Assembly (NCBI GenBank): GCA_965225855.1
Contig: CBDDCK010000005.1
Location: 384,001-448,000 of the forward strand
DNA length: 64,000 nt
Source: Spirochaetia bacterium
GTDB taxonomy: Bacteria; Spirochaetota; Spirochaetia; SP-2023
Reading direction: 5' to 3'
This document shows, in pieces, positions 8,921-19,030 of this stretch. Each line of letters begins with the position of its first letter. The stretch's first letter is position 1. The notes beneath the pieces were generated by a model, which saw only the letters and a list, made by a program, of their open reading frames with translations, made no database searches and had not been told where the DNA came from. The translations under genes and the position numbers were made by a program.

Positions 8921-11681
8921 TTGCCATTTTCAGTGGGAATCCAGCCTTTTGCAAAATACAAACAGTCTGATCTTCCAATAGTTTAATTTCTTCACCGTCT
9001 AAGGTGCCGTTGTTATTGGCAAATACAACTTGCAGTGTCAGCCAACGCTTTGCTTGGGGAGCTGGGTAAATAGAACGCACGAGGATTTGCTGTAATAAGG
9101 TTGCCATGCGAGGGTAATGTTCTGTCCCTTTTTCTAGGGCTTCAACCGCTTCTGCTGCAAAAACTTGGGGCGGTATAACTACCGTACAGTCGAATTCTAC
9201 ACTAGGGAAGCGCTGTAGCGGTCGGAATTGGGTAGCTGTGCGCTTGGGTGCTGCTCCCTTATCATCTTTGGGTGATAGTACTGTCCCAAGTGGAATACAA
9301 GCCATAGCCAATTTGCCGTTGAGCTTTAATTGGTGGAGCAAGGTGGGGTGAATGCTGAAAAGCCAAGCTTCTGTTAAGGCCGTGTAGCGTTCATTGTGGG
9401 TAACAGACCAATACAAGCGTTCGTAAGGGTGCAAGCCCTTCCAGTCTGGTGGGATAAACTGCGGCCAGACTGCTTGTTGCAATTTATTTGTCCAAGTATT
9501 ACTCCAGCTACTGTGTTGCCTCTGGCTCGCTTCTGGTCCTGCTATCGTTTGGGGTACACCTAGATAGCGTAGCAAGCGGCCGCACAAGTTTCGCAGCTCT
9601 AAGATTGAGTTAGTATTGTTGCTGTAGCTACTGATAAGTAAGTGCTGCTGTTCAGATACGCCTTGTTTAGATGAATGATAGCTGCGTCCTAGTTCAAAAA
9701 TACAAAACTGCCGCATGCGTTGATTGCGTGCGTTGCGTTCAACTATTTCTAAGTGATTGGGAATCAAGCTAGAACGCAGGAATTGTTGTTCAGGGTTTAG
9801 GGCGTTGGCCAATAGTAAGGGCTGTGTGCTTGGTTGCCACTGTACTTGTTCTAGTAATTTGGGTCCAACAAGAGGATAGCTTAGGACTTCTTGAGCCCTG
9901 CCGTTGAGCACCAAAAAGTTGCGAATCTCACGAGCTAGTTGCTGGCTACTGTTCAGTGCTACAGGCCGGATAGCTGCCATGGGTGCTTGGGGTACAATGT
10001 TATCATAACCAATGATACGCCCAATTTCTTCAATTAGGTCTTCTTCAATCGATATGTCTTTACTGGTACGGTAGCTAGGCAAATGAACTTTGATATGGCC
10101 TTCTTGGCTTTGCTGTTCTGTTTGGAAGCCAAGGTTTTGGAAAATCTGGCAGACAAGCTTGTTGCCTTCTTCCGAGGGAGTCATAGCAGTTGTTTTCCCT
10201 GTATTATTATTTGAGCCGTCTAATAATGAGGGGTAACCTAGCACTTGAGCTATTCGGCTGACTGAAGTTTCAATGGCAAGAGGCGTGGCTGGCTTTTTGT
10301 AATAGCTTTCTAAGTGACCACAAATCTGGGCTTTTGGGTGGATTTGCTGAATAAGCTGAGCTAGGCGCCACAAGCTGTATTCAATAGAGTAGGGGTCTAG
10401 CGATTTTTCATAGCGCAGCGAAGAATCGGTGCGCAGGCCCAAGCGCACTGAGCTTTTGTGTATATCGTGTGCATTCCAAACGGCGACTTCCAGCAAAATA
10501 CGTTGGGTATTGTTACTGACACTACTGTCTTGGCCTCCCATAATTCCAGCAATGACTTGGGGCTTGTCGGTATCGGCCACAACGGTATCGCCTGCTTGGA
10601 GTTGGCGTTGCTGCCCATCTAGTGTTTGAAATTCCCTTTGGTTTTGTTTTAGGCGGTAGACGCAAATTTTATTGCCACTCAATTGGTCTCGATCAAAAAT
10701 ATGGTTGGGGATACCTAGCTCCAGCATCACGTAATTGGAAATATCAACCACGCTATTGATGATATTAAATCCTGCTAGTAGCAATCGTTGCTGGAGCCAT
10801 GGGGGGCTTTCCGTAATTTGGATGTTATCCATGGAGAGGGCACAGTAGGCTTGGCAACTGCTATCTGCTGCAATATCGAGAGTAATGGGTGAAGTAGAGC
10901 AGGATAGCCCGTTGTGTTTTTTCACTTGTTGTTGGGTTTGTTCTAGCCAAGTATGGTTATATGGTGAGAGAAAATTACTTAGGCCATGTTCCTTGCTTTC
11001 CATAGATGAGAAAACTGCACCAAATTCCCTAGCGATACCGTAAATCCCCCACATATCCGGCCGATGGGTTAAAGATTTATTGTCTATGTCAAAAATAAAT
11101 TCAATCGCCTCAATGGTTTTACCATTGAGCAACAAAGGCTGATTGGGTTTTAAACAACGGGATAGAATTTGCGCAAAACTGATTCCCAATATGTTGCTTT
11201 GCTTATTCGCTGATTTAGCAATAAACTCGCTCAAGTCAATGATGCCATCATGCTCATCGCTAATACTTAATTCGCGTTCACTACAGAGCATACCATAAGA
11301 TAGCACGCCCATAATTTCTTTGTTTTTGAGAATAAAATTTTCGCCTGTAGTGTGCTGATGCATTTGTGTCCCTTCGGGAGCCCATAGCGTTTTTAAACCG
11401 GGGTAGAGATTATTGGCACTACAAACCAATTGGATTTGGTGGTTTGTGGTCGGACCAGTCGCAATGGTAGGTAGCCAAAGCTTTTCGGCATTTGGGTGCT
11501 TTTTTAGATGGAGTACTTCTACCAGCTGCACTTGACTCCAAAGCTCTATTGTTTTGGGCTCAATACAAGCTAGGATTGCTTCTACTTCACATGAGCTTCG
11601 GGTAAAAAAGAGAGCGATGTCTTCGATGTTGAGGTTTGGCAGTGGGCTAAACTGATTAACCCAGCTCAATGGTATGCGCAT
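8913..11681 (-). CDS. pheT: Phenylalanyl-tRNA synthetase beta subunit
   Basis: KHPNAEKL, GMLCSERELSI, IDNKSLTHRPD, VVDISNYVMLELG, LRTDSSLRYEK, DISIEEDLIEEIGRIIGY and C-terminal FDX-ACB domain. Confidence 0.95.
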   Translation of the reverse strand: MRIPLSWVNQFSPLPNLNIEDIALFFTRSSCEVEAILACIEPKTIELWSQVQLVEVLHLKKHPNAEKLWLPTIATGPTTNHQIQLVCSANNLYPGLKTLWAPEGTQMHQHTTGENFILKNKEIMGVLSYGMLCSERELSISDEHDGIIDLSEFIAKSANKQSNILGISFAQILSRCLKPNQPLLLNGKTIEAIEFIFDIDNKSLTHRPDMWGIYGIAREFGAVFSSMESKEHGLSNFLSPYNHTWLEQTQQQVKKHNGLSCSTSPITLDIAADSSCQAYCALSMDNIQITESPPWLQQRLLLAGFNIINSVVDISNYVMLELGIPNHIFDRDQLSGNKICVYRLKQNQREFQTLDGQQRQLQAGDTVVADTDKPQVIAGIMGGQDSSVSNNTQRILLEVAVWNAHDIHKSSVRLGLRTDSSLRYEKSLDPYSIEYSLWRLAQLIQQIHPKAQICGHLESYYKKPATPLAIETSVSRIAQVLGYPSLLDGSNNNTGKTTAMTPSEEGNKLVCQIFQNLGFQTEQQSQEGHIKVHLPSYRTSKDISIEEDLIEEIGRIIGYDNIVPQAPMAAIRPVALNSSQQLAREIRNFLVLNGRAQEVLSYPLVGPKLLEQVQWQPSTQPLLLANALNPEQQFLRSSLIPNHLEIVERNARNQRMRQFCIFELGRSYHSSKQGVSEQQHLLISSYSNNTNSILELRNLCGRLLRYLGVPQTIAGPEASQRQHSSWSNTWTNKLQQAVWPQFIPPDWKGLHPYERLYWSVTHNERYTALTEAWLFSIHPTLLHQLKLNGKLAMACIPLGTVLSPKDDKGAAPKRTATQFRPLQRFPSVEFDCTVVIPPQVFAAEAVEALEKGTEHYPRMATLLQQILVRSIYPAPQAKRWLTLQVVFANNNGTLDGEEIKLLEDQTVCILQKAGFPLKMAND

Positions 11682-11775
11682 GGGATAACTCCTGATCTTT
11701 AAATTGACAATGGCTCACAAACTATAAGTAAACAAAAATCGAGAAAGCAAAGTTTACTTTTTTGATTTTGTGGAC

Positions 11776-13017
11776 TTAACTTTGTTGCTGCTGTTTTGCT
11801 ATACGCATTTTTCGTGCGCGGATTTCAATTTTATGGGCTAATTCTACTGTTTTCTTAAGCTCTTCTAAGTCGTTACAAACAAGCTTTCCCTCATCATTAA
11901 GTGACATGTAGCGGTTGGTCATAAGGCTTTTAAAAGCTTTCTCGCCAACTTCAGAAGAAAAGCTACACATATTCAATAATTCTGTTTTACCAAAAGAAAA
12001 TTCATATTTGGCTTTGCGTTCGCATTGGACATGTTGCTTTAGAAGTTGGGTCAAAAGTGTGTCCCATAGCCGATTGAGGGGGTCTTCGATCAATAGATTG
12101 GCCAATTGCTTATAAATTGTCCACAGTCTGTCTGCAAGAACGATCAATAATTTAGTAGCTAGATTTTTATTCTGTAGTATAATTCTATCAAAATTATCTT
12201 TACTTACGGCCATAATTTTTGTTTCGCCGTAGGCGATAATATTGGCCGTGCGCTCTTTATGGTTGAGCAAACTCATCTCCCCAACAATTTCACCAGCATC
12301 GAGAATCGCTAAAAGCCTTTCCTGATTGTTGAGAATTTTTGTGATTTTCACTTTGCCATTTTGGATAATGTAAAGCTCTGAACCAGGCATATGTTCGGCG
12401 CAAATCATTTCACCATCTTGATAAGTGCGGTTAAAATTGTTATGGCTTGGAACGGTAATACCCATTTCATCAATGTAATTTTGCGCTTCTGATTTTTGCG
12501 CACCATTGGGATAATGCTCAAGATATGATGTAAAAATCATATTGGCATGATTTAATTCTTTCGCTTTGTAGTAAAATTCTCCCATGAGGAATAAATTTTT
12601 TGAATTGTCCTTGGTATGGTTTGCATCGACTATGCGAGCAGCCAATTCATTGTCGTAATGACGCAGACTATTGGAAAGTGAGCGGATAATTTTTAAAGCA
12701 ATAGAGGGAGCCTCTACCACCAGATCGCTAAACTTGGTAGATTTTACCATGATCATAGAGCAGTCTGTAAGCGTTACCACTGTCTGGTTTGACTCTTGTC
12801 CACTCATGGCACTGACAACGCCAAAAAATCCCCCGGGGCCCAGAATTTGGTCTTTTTGTCCTAGCATTTGATCTACTAAATTCTCTACCTGGACTTTCCC
12901 CGAGCGAATAATAAAAAATGTGTCTTGTTTTTTTTTATCGTTAGACCGGTCCTCCACCATTACATAAGAACCGGCTTGATAATTGGTAATAGATAGCGTA
13001 CCTTTGTCAGGTCTCAT
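11776..13017 (-). CDS. Crp/Fnr-family protein with two cyclic-nucleotide-binding domains
   Basis: FFIIRSGKV...FFGVVSAM and ELYIIQNGKVKI...GEIVGEMSLL...RTANI, separated by a TPR-like segment. Start set at the ATG at 13017. Confidence 0.85.
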   Translation of the reverse strand: MRPDKGTLSITNYQAGSYVMVEDRSNDKKKQDTFFIIRSGKVQVENLVDQMLGQKDQILGPGGFFGVVSAMSGQESNQTVVTLTDCSMIMVKSTKFSDLVVEAPSIALKIIRSLSNSLRHYDNELAARIVDANHTKDNSKNLFLMGEFYYKAKELNHANMIFTSYLEHYPNGAQKSEAQNYIDEMGITVPSHNNFNRTYQDGEMICAEHMPGSELYIIQNGKVKITKILNNQERLLAILDAGEIVGEMSLLNHKERTANIIAYGETKIMAVSKDNFDRIILQNKNLATKLLIVLADRLWTIYKQLANLLIEDPLNRLWDTLLTQLLKQHVQCERKAKYEFSFGKTELLNMCSFSSEVGEKAFKSLMTNRYMSLNDEGKLVCNDLEELKKTVELAHKIEIRARKMRIAKQQQQS

Positions 13018-13323
13018 AAGTACAGCCTCATTGATGATTGTGATAAGTGAAGTGCAAAATATATTCCACTTTAGTTCACATCCCAGAATATTAGAAATTT
13101 GAAAAGGCCATAATACATTTAGCATAAAGATATACTTTGCATTATGTCATATGATAGGCAAGGCTTGAAGGCCTCAACTATTGTGAAGGTATTATAGCTA
13201 TAAAAAAGATTGGGTTGCAAGTATACTATTGATATTTGTTATATTTACCTTTCATTACTATTTTTGTATTTTTACCAGCCTTTATTGATTTGAACTTACT
13301 TTTTATTTTTTGAGAGGAGCTTG

Positions 13324-14298
13324 ATGACTCAAATAAAAGTGCCGGAATTTTTACTTCGGTTGGGGGATATGAACAAAGCTCCCATGCTGATGGGTATCCT
13401 CAATCTTAGTCCAGATTCGTTTAGTCATGACGGGAAATCGGGGGCAATAGCAATTGAGCATGCCAAGCAGATGGTGGAGCAAGGTGCCAGTATTATTGAT
13501 ATTGGCGCAGAAAGTACGCGCCCTGGTGCGGCTTTTGTTGATCTAGAAACAGAATGGCAGCGGCTCTACCCTGTATTAGAGCCGCTTGGTTTGTGGTTGA
13601 AAACAGAAAATGCGAAACGGCTGGCAAAGGGCCTGCACAAAGTTTGGCTTTCGGTGGATACCTATAAGGCCGAAATAGCCTGCCGTAGTTTAAAATTAGG
13701 GGCGGATATCATCAATGATGTTAGCGGTGGCCAAAATGAAACAGAAATTTGGGCTGTAATGGCTGAAGCTAGAGATTCGATTTATATTTTGATGCATAAC
13801 CCTTTTGCTCTAAAAGGAATGATGCCACATAGCCACAAAGAAAGCATCACATATACCAATCCTGTGCAAGATATTGCCTTTGAATTAGGCTTACTGTATA
13901 ACGAGGCTGTGGCTGTTGGTTGTCGCAATATTATTATCGATCCCGGTTTGGGTTTTGGTAAAGATGTAGTTTGTAATTGGCAGGTCTTAGCAAATCTGGA
14001 AAATTTTTGCCGCGCTGTTGCTTATCATATTGGGCAAGATTTTAAGAATTTCTGCCCGCCCATTTTAGTGGGCGCTTCTAATAAAAGGTTTGTGAGGCAT
14101 TGGCAGGAACAAGAAGAATCAATGGAAATTCAATCCAGTCGTTCTGGTTATGCTCGTTTTCTCAGTGCCAATCTTGCGGTTTGTGCTTTAGCTATCCAAG
14201 GTGGGGCTCGGATTATTCGTAGTCATGAGGTACTTGAACATTACCGTTGTATACGCAGTGTATGGGAATTTTTAAAGTACAGAGCGAAATTTGCTTGA
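13324..14298 (+). CDS. folP: Dihydropteroate synthase
   Basis: MGILNLSPDSFS, IIDIGAESTRPG, SVDT, INDVSG, IDPGLGFGK, IRSHEV. Confidence 0.96.
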   Translation: MTQIKVPEFLLRLGDMNKAPMLMGILNLSPDSFSHDGKSGAIAIEHAKQMVEQGASIIDIGAESTRPGAAFVDLETEWQRLYPVLEPLGLWLKTENAKRLAKGLHKVWLSVDTYKAEIACRSLKLGADIINDVSGGQNETEIWAVMAEARDSIYILMHNPFALKGMMPHSHKESITYTNPVQDIAFELGLLYNEAVAVGCRNIIIDPGLGFGKDVVCNWQVLANLENFCRAVAYHIGQDFKNFCPPILVGASNKRFVRHWQEQEESMEIQSSRSGYARFLSANLAVCALAIQGGARIIRSHEVLEHYRCIRSVWEFLKYRAKFA

Positions 14299-14300
14299 AG

Positions 14301-14744
14301 ATGGACAAAATATTTTTTCAGAATTTGCGTTTTTATGGCTATCACGGTGTTTTTCAACATGAAAAGTTGCGTGGACAATATTTTGAATTGGATATAGAAT
14401 TAAGCTGCGAGTTAGAATCTGCAGGCCGTAGTGGCCAAATTGAGAGTAGTATTGATTACTGTGCTCTTTATCAATTCGTTAAGATGATTGTTACCGAGCG
14501 GAATTTTAATTTACTAGAAGAATTGGGTAACTATATTTGTGAGAAAATTTTAGAGCGGTTTACCAAAGTGGAAAATATCATATTGCGCTTGCGCAAGCCA
14601 GAAGCACCACTGGAGAACGGTATTATTTCCGATCAAATTTTGGCAGAAACAATGTTTTGTTGTTTACCTCCTTGGAAATTGGGCTATTTTGGGTCAGGGG
14701 GGAGCGTTGGTATTGAACTACATCGCAGCCGGCAGGCTCAATAA
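14301..14744 (+). CDS. folB: Dihydroneopterin aldolase
   Basis: MDKIFFQNLRFYGYHGVFQHEKLRGQYF...SIDY...FNLLE...KPEAP. Confidence 0.93.
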   Translation: MDKIFFQNLRFYGYHGVFQHEKLRGQYFELDIELSCELESAGRSGQIESSIDYCALYQFVKMIVTERNFNLLEELGNYICEKILERFTKVENIILRLRKPEAPLENGIISDQILAETMFCCLPPWKLGYFGSGGSVGIELHRSRQAQ

Positions 14745-14747
14745 GCT

Positions 14748-15347
14748 GTGAAAAATATGGTAAAATCTAGTACTACACTACTACCGTTTCAACCTACCGC
14801 TTATCTTTCTTTGGGAAGTAATTTAGGCCAGCGCAAAGAGCAATTGCAGCAAGCGGTTGAATTGTTGCGCTGCCACCCAGCGATCGAAATTATGCAGTGT
14901 TCTTCGGTATATGAAACAAAACCTTGGGGCCCAGTCGAGCAAGCTCCTTTTTGGAATCTTTGCCTTAAATTGAATATCGATGAGCATAAGTTGTTTATGG
15001 CAGAAAATATTGCTGACTGCGCTATACAAGGTTATGCGCAGCTTTTATTGGAATATTGTCTGTACTGTGAACAGCAATTGGGGCGGGAGCGAGGCGTGGA
15101 TAGTTTGCGCTGGGGGCCCCGTAGTATTGATATTGATATTATTGATTACGAGCGTTTACAATTTTGTAGCGAAACCTTAGTGTTACCGCATCCACAATTT
15201 TCCCAACGACTTTTTGTTTTGGTGCCTCTGGCTGAAATTGCCGATCGAGAATTTATTGGGATTTACTCTTTGCAGCAATCTATCCAACGGCTAAAAATGA
15301 ACAACCCGAACTGGGGCCATAAAATTGGCGAATTGATTGTTTTATAA
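14748..15347 (+). CDS. folK: 2-amino-4-hydroxy-6-hydroxymethyldihydropteridine diphosphokinase
   Basis: AYLSLGSNLG, SSVYETKPWG, RWGPRSIDIDII, LPHP, FVLVPLAEI. Confidence 0.95.
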   Translation: MKNMVKSSTTLLPFQPTAYLSLGSNLGQRKEQLQQAVELLRCHPAIEIMQCSSVYETKPWGPVEQAPFWNLCLKLNIDEHKLFMAENIADCAIQGYAQLLLEYCLYCEQQLGRERGVDSLRWGPRSIDIDIIDYERLQFCSETLVLPHPQFSQRLFVLVPLAEIADREFIGIYSLQQSIQRLKMNNPNWGHKIGELIVL

Positions 15348-15352
15348 AAAAA

Positions 15353-16987
15353 TTAATAGGCACCGCCAATATTATTCTTACCACTAATATCTTTATTTTT
15401 TACTAGATTGATTGGGGCATTAATATTTTGCAATTCGGGAAGTAGTGTCTTAAAACGGGATTGCAAGGCATGAATATTATTTTCAAATAACTGTTTATCA
15501 AGCCCCGTTAAATCTCTACTAGACTGCAAATGCAGAGACTTTAGCCCTACCGGTTTATTGTAACGCCGCACTTCATAATGCACATGAGGTCCTGTTGATT
15601 TTCCCGTGCTACCGACATAGCCAATAATGTCTCCTTGGCGCACTTTTGAGCCAATTTTATAACCAGAACGGAAGCGACTCATATGCCCGTATAAAGTATC
15701 ATAACCGTTGATGTGGCGTATAATAATATGATAACCGTAGCCAATACGGCTCCAGCCACGGCGGATAATTCTGCCATTGCCACCTGCTTTGATGGGGGTT
15801 CCCGTAGGAGCTGCATAGTCTGTACCACGATGCAAACGCCAAGTTCCAAAGATTGGGTCGCGACGATAACCAAAATTGGAGGAAACGTATGCGCCATTGA
15901 CTGGCATCAATAATAAAAGTTTGTTAACGCTATGACCTTCCGGATTAAAAAATTCAGATTTGCCAGAAAGGTCTGTATATCGAAAAATGGGGAGAGCTTT
16001 GCCATTGGTTAGAATAATATTCGCATAGAGGATTTCACCAGAGCCAACGCGCACATCTTTCTCATTGTAAATCATCGTATAGATAATTTCGTAGCGAGTT
16101 CCGCGCTGAATATCACTTTGGAAGTTGATATCAAAACTATAGCGGTTAAACATTTCCAGCAATATGCCACCGGGAATCCCTTGATCAATACCATCTTGGT
16201 ACAATGAACGTTTTACGGTTACAATTGAATGGAAACTTTTTGACCTCAATTCGTGATATTCAATTTCATTTTTTGCTTCACCATTATACAAATACGCATG
16301 GACCGTTTTATCTTTATTGCCGATTTGAAAACCCACTAATTCTTTGCGATTGCTATCGTTAAAAAATAATTGGATAGGGTCTTCGGCGCGTAGTCTTGTA
16401 AGGTCTAGATCATCTTCTACGCTTAAAACTAAATTCGAACTATGCTTTTGGCTTAAACCATAGCGTTTGAGCAATAATACCAGTGCTTCATTGTGTTCTA
16501 AATAACCCACTTCGGTTGTCAATCCGTTCTTCCAATTTTGCCAAAGCTCTTCAGGACTAAGCTTTTTTTGGGAGCGTAAATACTCATCGAGTGTTGGAGT
16601 ATCCTTCAAATGTTTTTTAGAAAAAAATGACGAATACGGATTCAATTTTGAAAACCAAGCAATAGAAAATAATGCGAATAAAATAGCCATTATTCCTAAC
16701 AGCGTGCGATTCAATGGGTGAGAGATTTTCTCATTGTCAGAATTTTTAGGTTCCAGCTTTTTACTGGTAAAAATATTTGCATTTGGGGAAGGCTCATTTG
16801 ATATAATCTGAGGAATACTCCCCATCACATTTTGGGCTTGCCTTTGTGAGCAGTAAGTGCGCCATGGCAATACTTTATTTACATTATTCTGCGAGATAAG
16901 AACCTCGTCATCGTCCTTCCAAATATTTTTTGAGTAATTCATTTTGTCCATTACAACATATTCCTTTTTTGAAGTACCAGCCTTCAA
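15353..16987 (-). CDS. Membrane-anchored M23 family peptidoglycan endopeptidase (MepM-like)
   Basis: One TM helix, Csd3/OapA-like middle domain, HRGTD (HxxxD) and STGPHVHYE (HxH) zinc motifs. Confidence 0.92.
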   Translation of the reverse strand: MKAGTSKKEYVVMDKMNYSKNIWKDDDEVLISQNNVNKVLPWRTYCSQRQAQNVMGSIPQIISNEPSPNANIFTSKKLEPKNSDNEKISHPLNRTLLGIMAILFALFSIAWFSKLNPYSSFFSKKHLKDTPTLDEYLRSQKKLSPEELWQNWKNGLTTEVGYLEHNEALVLLLKRYGLSQKHSSNLVLSVEDDLDLTRLRAEDPIQLFFNDSNRKELVGFQIGNKDKTVHAYLYNGEAKNEIEYHELRSKSFHSIVTVKRSLYQDGIDQGIPGGILLEMFNRYSFDINFQSDIQRGTRYEIIYTMIYNEKDVRVGSGEILYANIILTNGKALPIFRYTDLSGKSEFFNPEGHSVNKLLLLMPVNGAYVSSNFGYRRDPIFGTWRLHRGTDYAAPTGTPIKAGGNGRIIRRGWSRIGYGYHIIIRHINGYDTLYGHMSRFRSGYKIGSKVRQGDIIGYVGSTGKSTGPHVHYEVRRYNKPVGLKSLHLQSSRDLTGLDKQLFENNIHALQSRFKTLLPELQNINAPINLVKNKDISGKNNIGGAY

Positions 16988-17239
16988 AAAGCCTCCCTAA
17001 ATATAGCTGCTTTAGCCATCAAGCTAAAAATCCCGCTAGTCTACTTATTTTCAAACATAAATCAAGACTTTTTAAAAATATTTAGGGGGGTGCTCGGTTT
17101 ATAAATTTCTAACAAAAGCAAAATTTTGCTTGTTGGTCAAATTGCTGATTGCTGAATGTATTGCTCTTTTTTGTTATATGTTTACAATTCAGCAGAGTTT
17201 TGTACTAAAATTTTATTTTTCATATTAGAAGCAATTTCA

Positions 17240-17800
17240 ATGACTATGATATTTACAATACTGAACCGAATGTTGCCTGATCGCAATTGGTTATTGGCCA
17301 TATTATTTTTATTTGTGTTTTTCGGCATTATTTTACCCCCAAAAATTTATCCTGAGAGTTTCGGCTACACAATGAATCGCATTGTTGAAGTCGATGTCTA
17401 TATCGATCCTACAGATTATTTTTATTACTATTATAGTTTTAACTATTTAAATAGAGCTTTAAAGTTAGATGGCCTTGAACGCAAGATACAGTCTCTTAGT
17501 ATGTTAGAAGTAGAACCTAACATCGATAATTACTATCATGATCAAAAGCCAAAAATATATCTGGTCATTATTTACCAGCACAATTTGGATAAATATCAGG
17601 AAATGTTGGAATTAATCAACTTTCGAGAGCATTTAGTTTTGTGGATTATTTCCCCTGAAGGGGAAAAATTGGTTAATCCTACGGATTTTAATTTAGATGG
17701 AATGAGTTCGGCATCGATTGTCGATAGCTTCCATCAAGAGTTTCGTTCCTATATTTTGCCTAGGATTTTTACTTTGTATACAAATAGAGATAGGGTCTAA
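17240..17800 (+). CDS. Hypothetical membrane or exported protein
   Basis: Open frame with a hydrophobic N-terminal segment; no recognisable family; start uncertain. Confidence 0.55.
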   Translation: MTMIFTILNRMLPDRNWLLAILFLFVFFGIILPPKIYPESFGYTMNRIVEVDVYIDPTDYFYYYYSFNYLNRALKLDGLERKIQSLSMLEVEPNIDNYYHDQKPKIYLVIIYQHNLDKYQEMLELINFREHLVLWIISPEGEKLVNPTDFNLDGMSSASIVDSFHQEFRSYILPRIFTLYTNRDRV

Positions 17801-18009
17801 CTTTTTGAGTCTGCTTCCTAGCTTTTTCGAAATTTTTTATGGCAATAATATCTTGAAATTTTATGCTTACTTTTTTATATCGCAGCCGCCATATTTCTGG
17901 CCTAGCCGATGGAAATGGTTATTTGGAAAGTAGTCATTTGTTTTCCCATTTATTGGAGCATTGGCTGCGAGGTACAGCACAAAAATTCGGTTGTAGCATC
18001 AAAAGTTGC

Positions 18010-18241
18010 AGATATTGATGGTTTTGGCCTTATGCCGTACAGAAATGAGTTATATAGGTCTGGCTTTTGTTCCAGCGTGATTCCCCAATTGCCGTTGTGT
18101 GAATATGCTTTGGCTGAATTACAGTGGCTAATGACGCAGGCCAATAATAAAGCCAGTGCGGAGGATGATTTCTACGGTCAGCCACATCAAAGTTGGCAGG
18201 AAATTTATTCTGCTTGAATAAAGAAGATATTTACCGTAAGG
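18010..18241 (+). repeat. 232-bp direct repeat, left copy (putative long target-site duplication)
   Basis: Matches 21703-21934 (offset 3693) with two substitutions seen; ends immediately before the element's TGA. Confidence 0.95.
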
Positions 18242-18418
18242 TGAAAGAGGACATGATAACTTAACGGGATAAGACGTGATAACTCGGGATTTTTTGGAAC
18301 AAATGGGAAGGTAAAAATTGGCTTACTTTCCAAAATAAAAAGGTAAAAAAATTTTTGTTTTTCGGCATATGGGTTGTCGGCAACAATATGCTTTATATCA
18401 TGGTAACGGGCCACGGTC

Positions 18419-18465
18419 TCAAAAAGCTAGTAAGGTTTTGACTGAAAACCTTACTAGCTTTTTGA
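18419..18465. terminator. 21-bp perfect stem-loop with A/T tails, possible bidirectional terminator
   Basis: tcaaaaagctagtaaggtttt-gactg-aaaaccttactagctttttga; second copy at 43879-43923. Confidence 0.7.
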
Positions 18466-18701
18466 TTGGCAACCTAGGGATTTTCCAACAAACCCGATCG
18501 ACACTGTATGGCCAAAGTTGTTTGCAACGAGCGCTTTCGCTATATACCCACAAGAGCCGCAAGGTAAAGGCCAAAGGGCTTCAGATAAAAAAAGACTAAA
18601 ACATAGCCAAACGATTATTAATGATAGGCTGGTAAAAGAAATTTTAGCTAAGGCTAAAGCAGAACAATACCGATAAATAAATACCCCAGCCCCCTCTAAC
18701 T

Positions 18702-18820
18702 ATAGAATTACCTCCCACCTATTTAATAGAATCGACCTAAATCTATCAATAGAATTACCTCCCACCTATTGATAGAATTGACCCAAATCTATCAATAGAT
18801 TTACCTCCCACCTATTAATA
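18702..18820. repeat. Alternating ~23-bp tandem array (A-B-A-B-A)
   Basis: A = atagaattacctcccacctatt, B = atagaatygaccyaaatctatc; each monomer has ATAG...CTAT ends. Confidence 0.9.
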
Positions 18821-18822
18821 CC

Positions 18823-19030
18823 CTAGTCTTTAATGAAATTTTCTACATCGGCACATAATCCAGGACCTATACAACAATCATCGGAAATCGTTGGCCAAAT
18901 TCTGAACGCCCCTGAAAGAATAATATCCCGTTTTCATTTTCATTAAATGTTTCACCTTTTGGAGATTGCCCCATAGTGTAATTGAGGTGTAATCAAGTAT
19001 TTTATTCAATTCTACACTTTGCCACCCCCC
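18823..19030 (-). pseudogene. hsdS: Fragment of a type I R-M specificity subunit (HsdS target-recognition domain)
   Basis: Manual translation in three pieces: GWQSVELNKILDYTSIT / MGQSPKGETFNENENGILFFQGRSEFGQRFP / DDCCIGPGLCA. These match the MGQSP...FQG..EFG..FP...CCIGRGL type of HsdS TRD, with frameshifts and an internal deletion. Confidence 0.75.

Noticed and set aside
18400..18425. tRNA 3'-end-like att remnant on the minus strand (ccgtggcccgttacca)
   Set aside because: No convincing TTCGA loop or T stem, and the adjacent ends are better explained as transposon termini.
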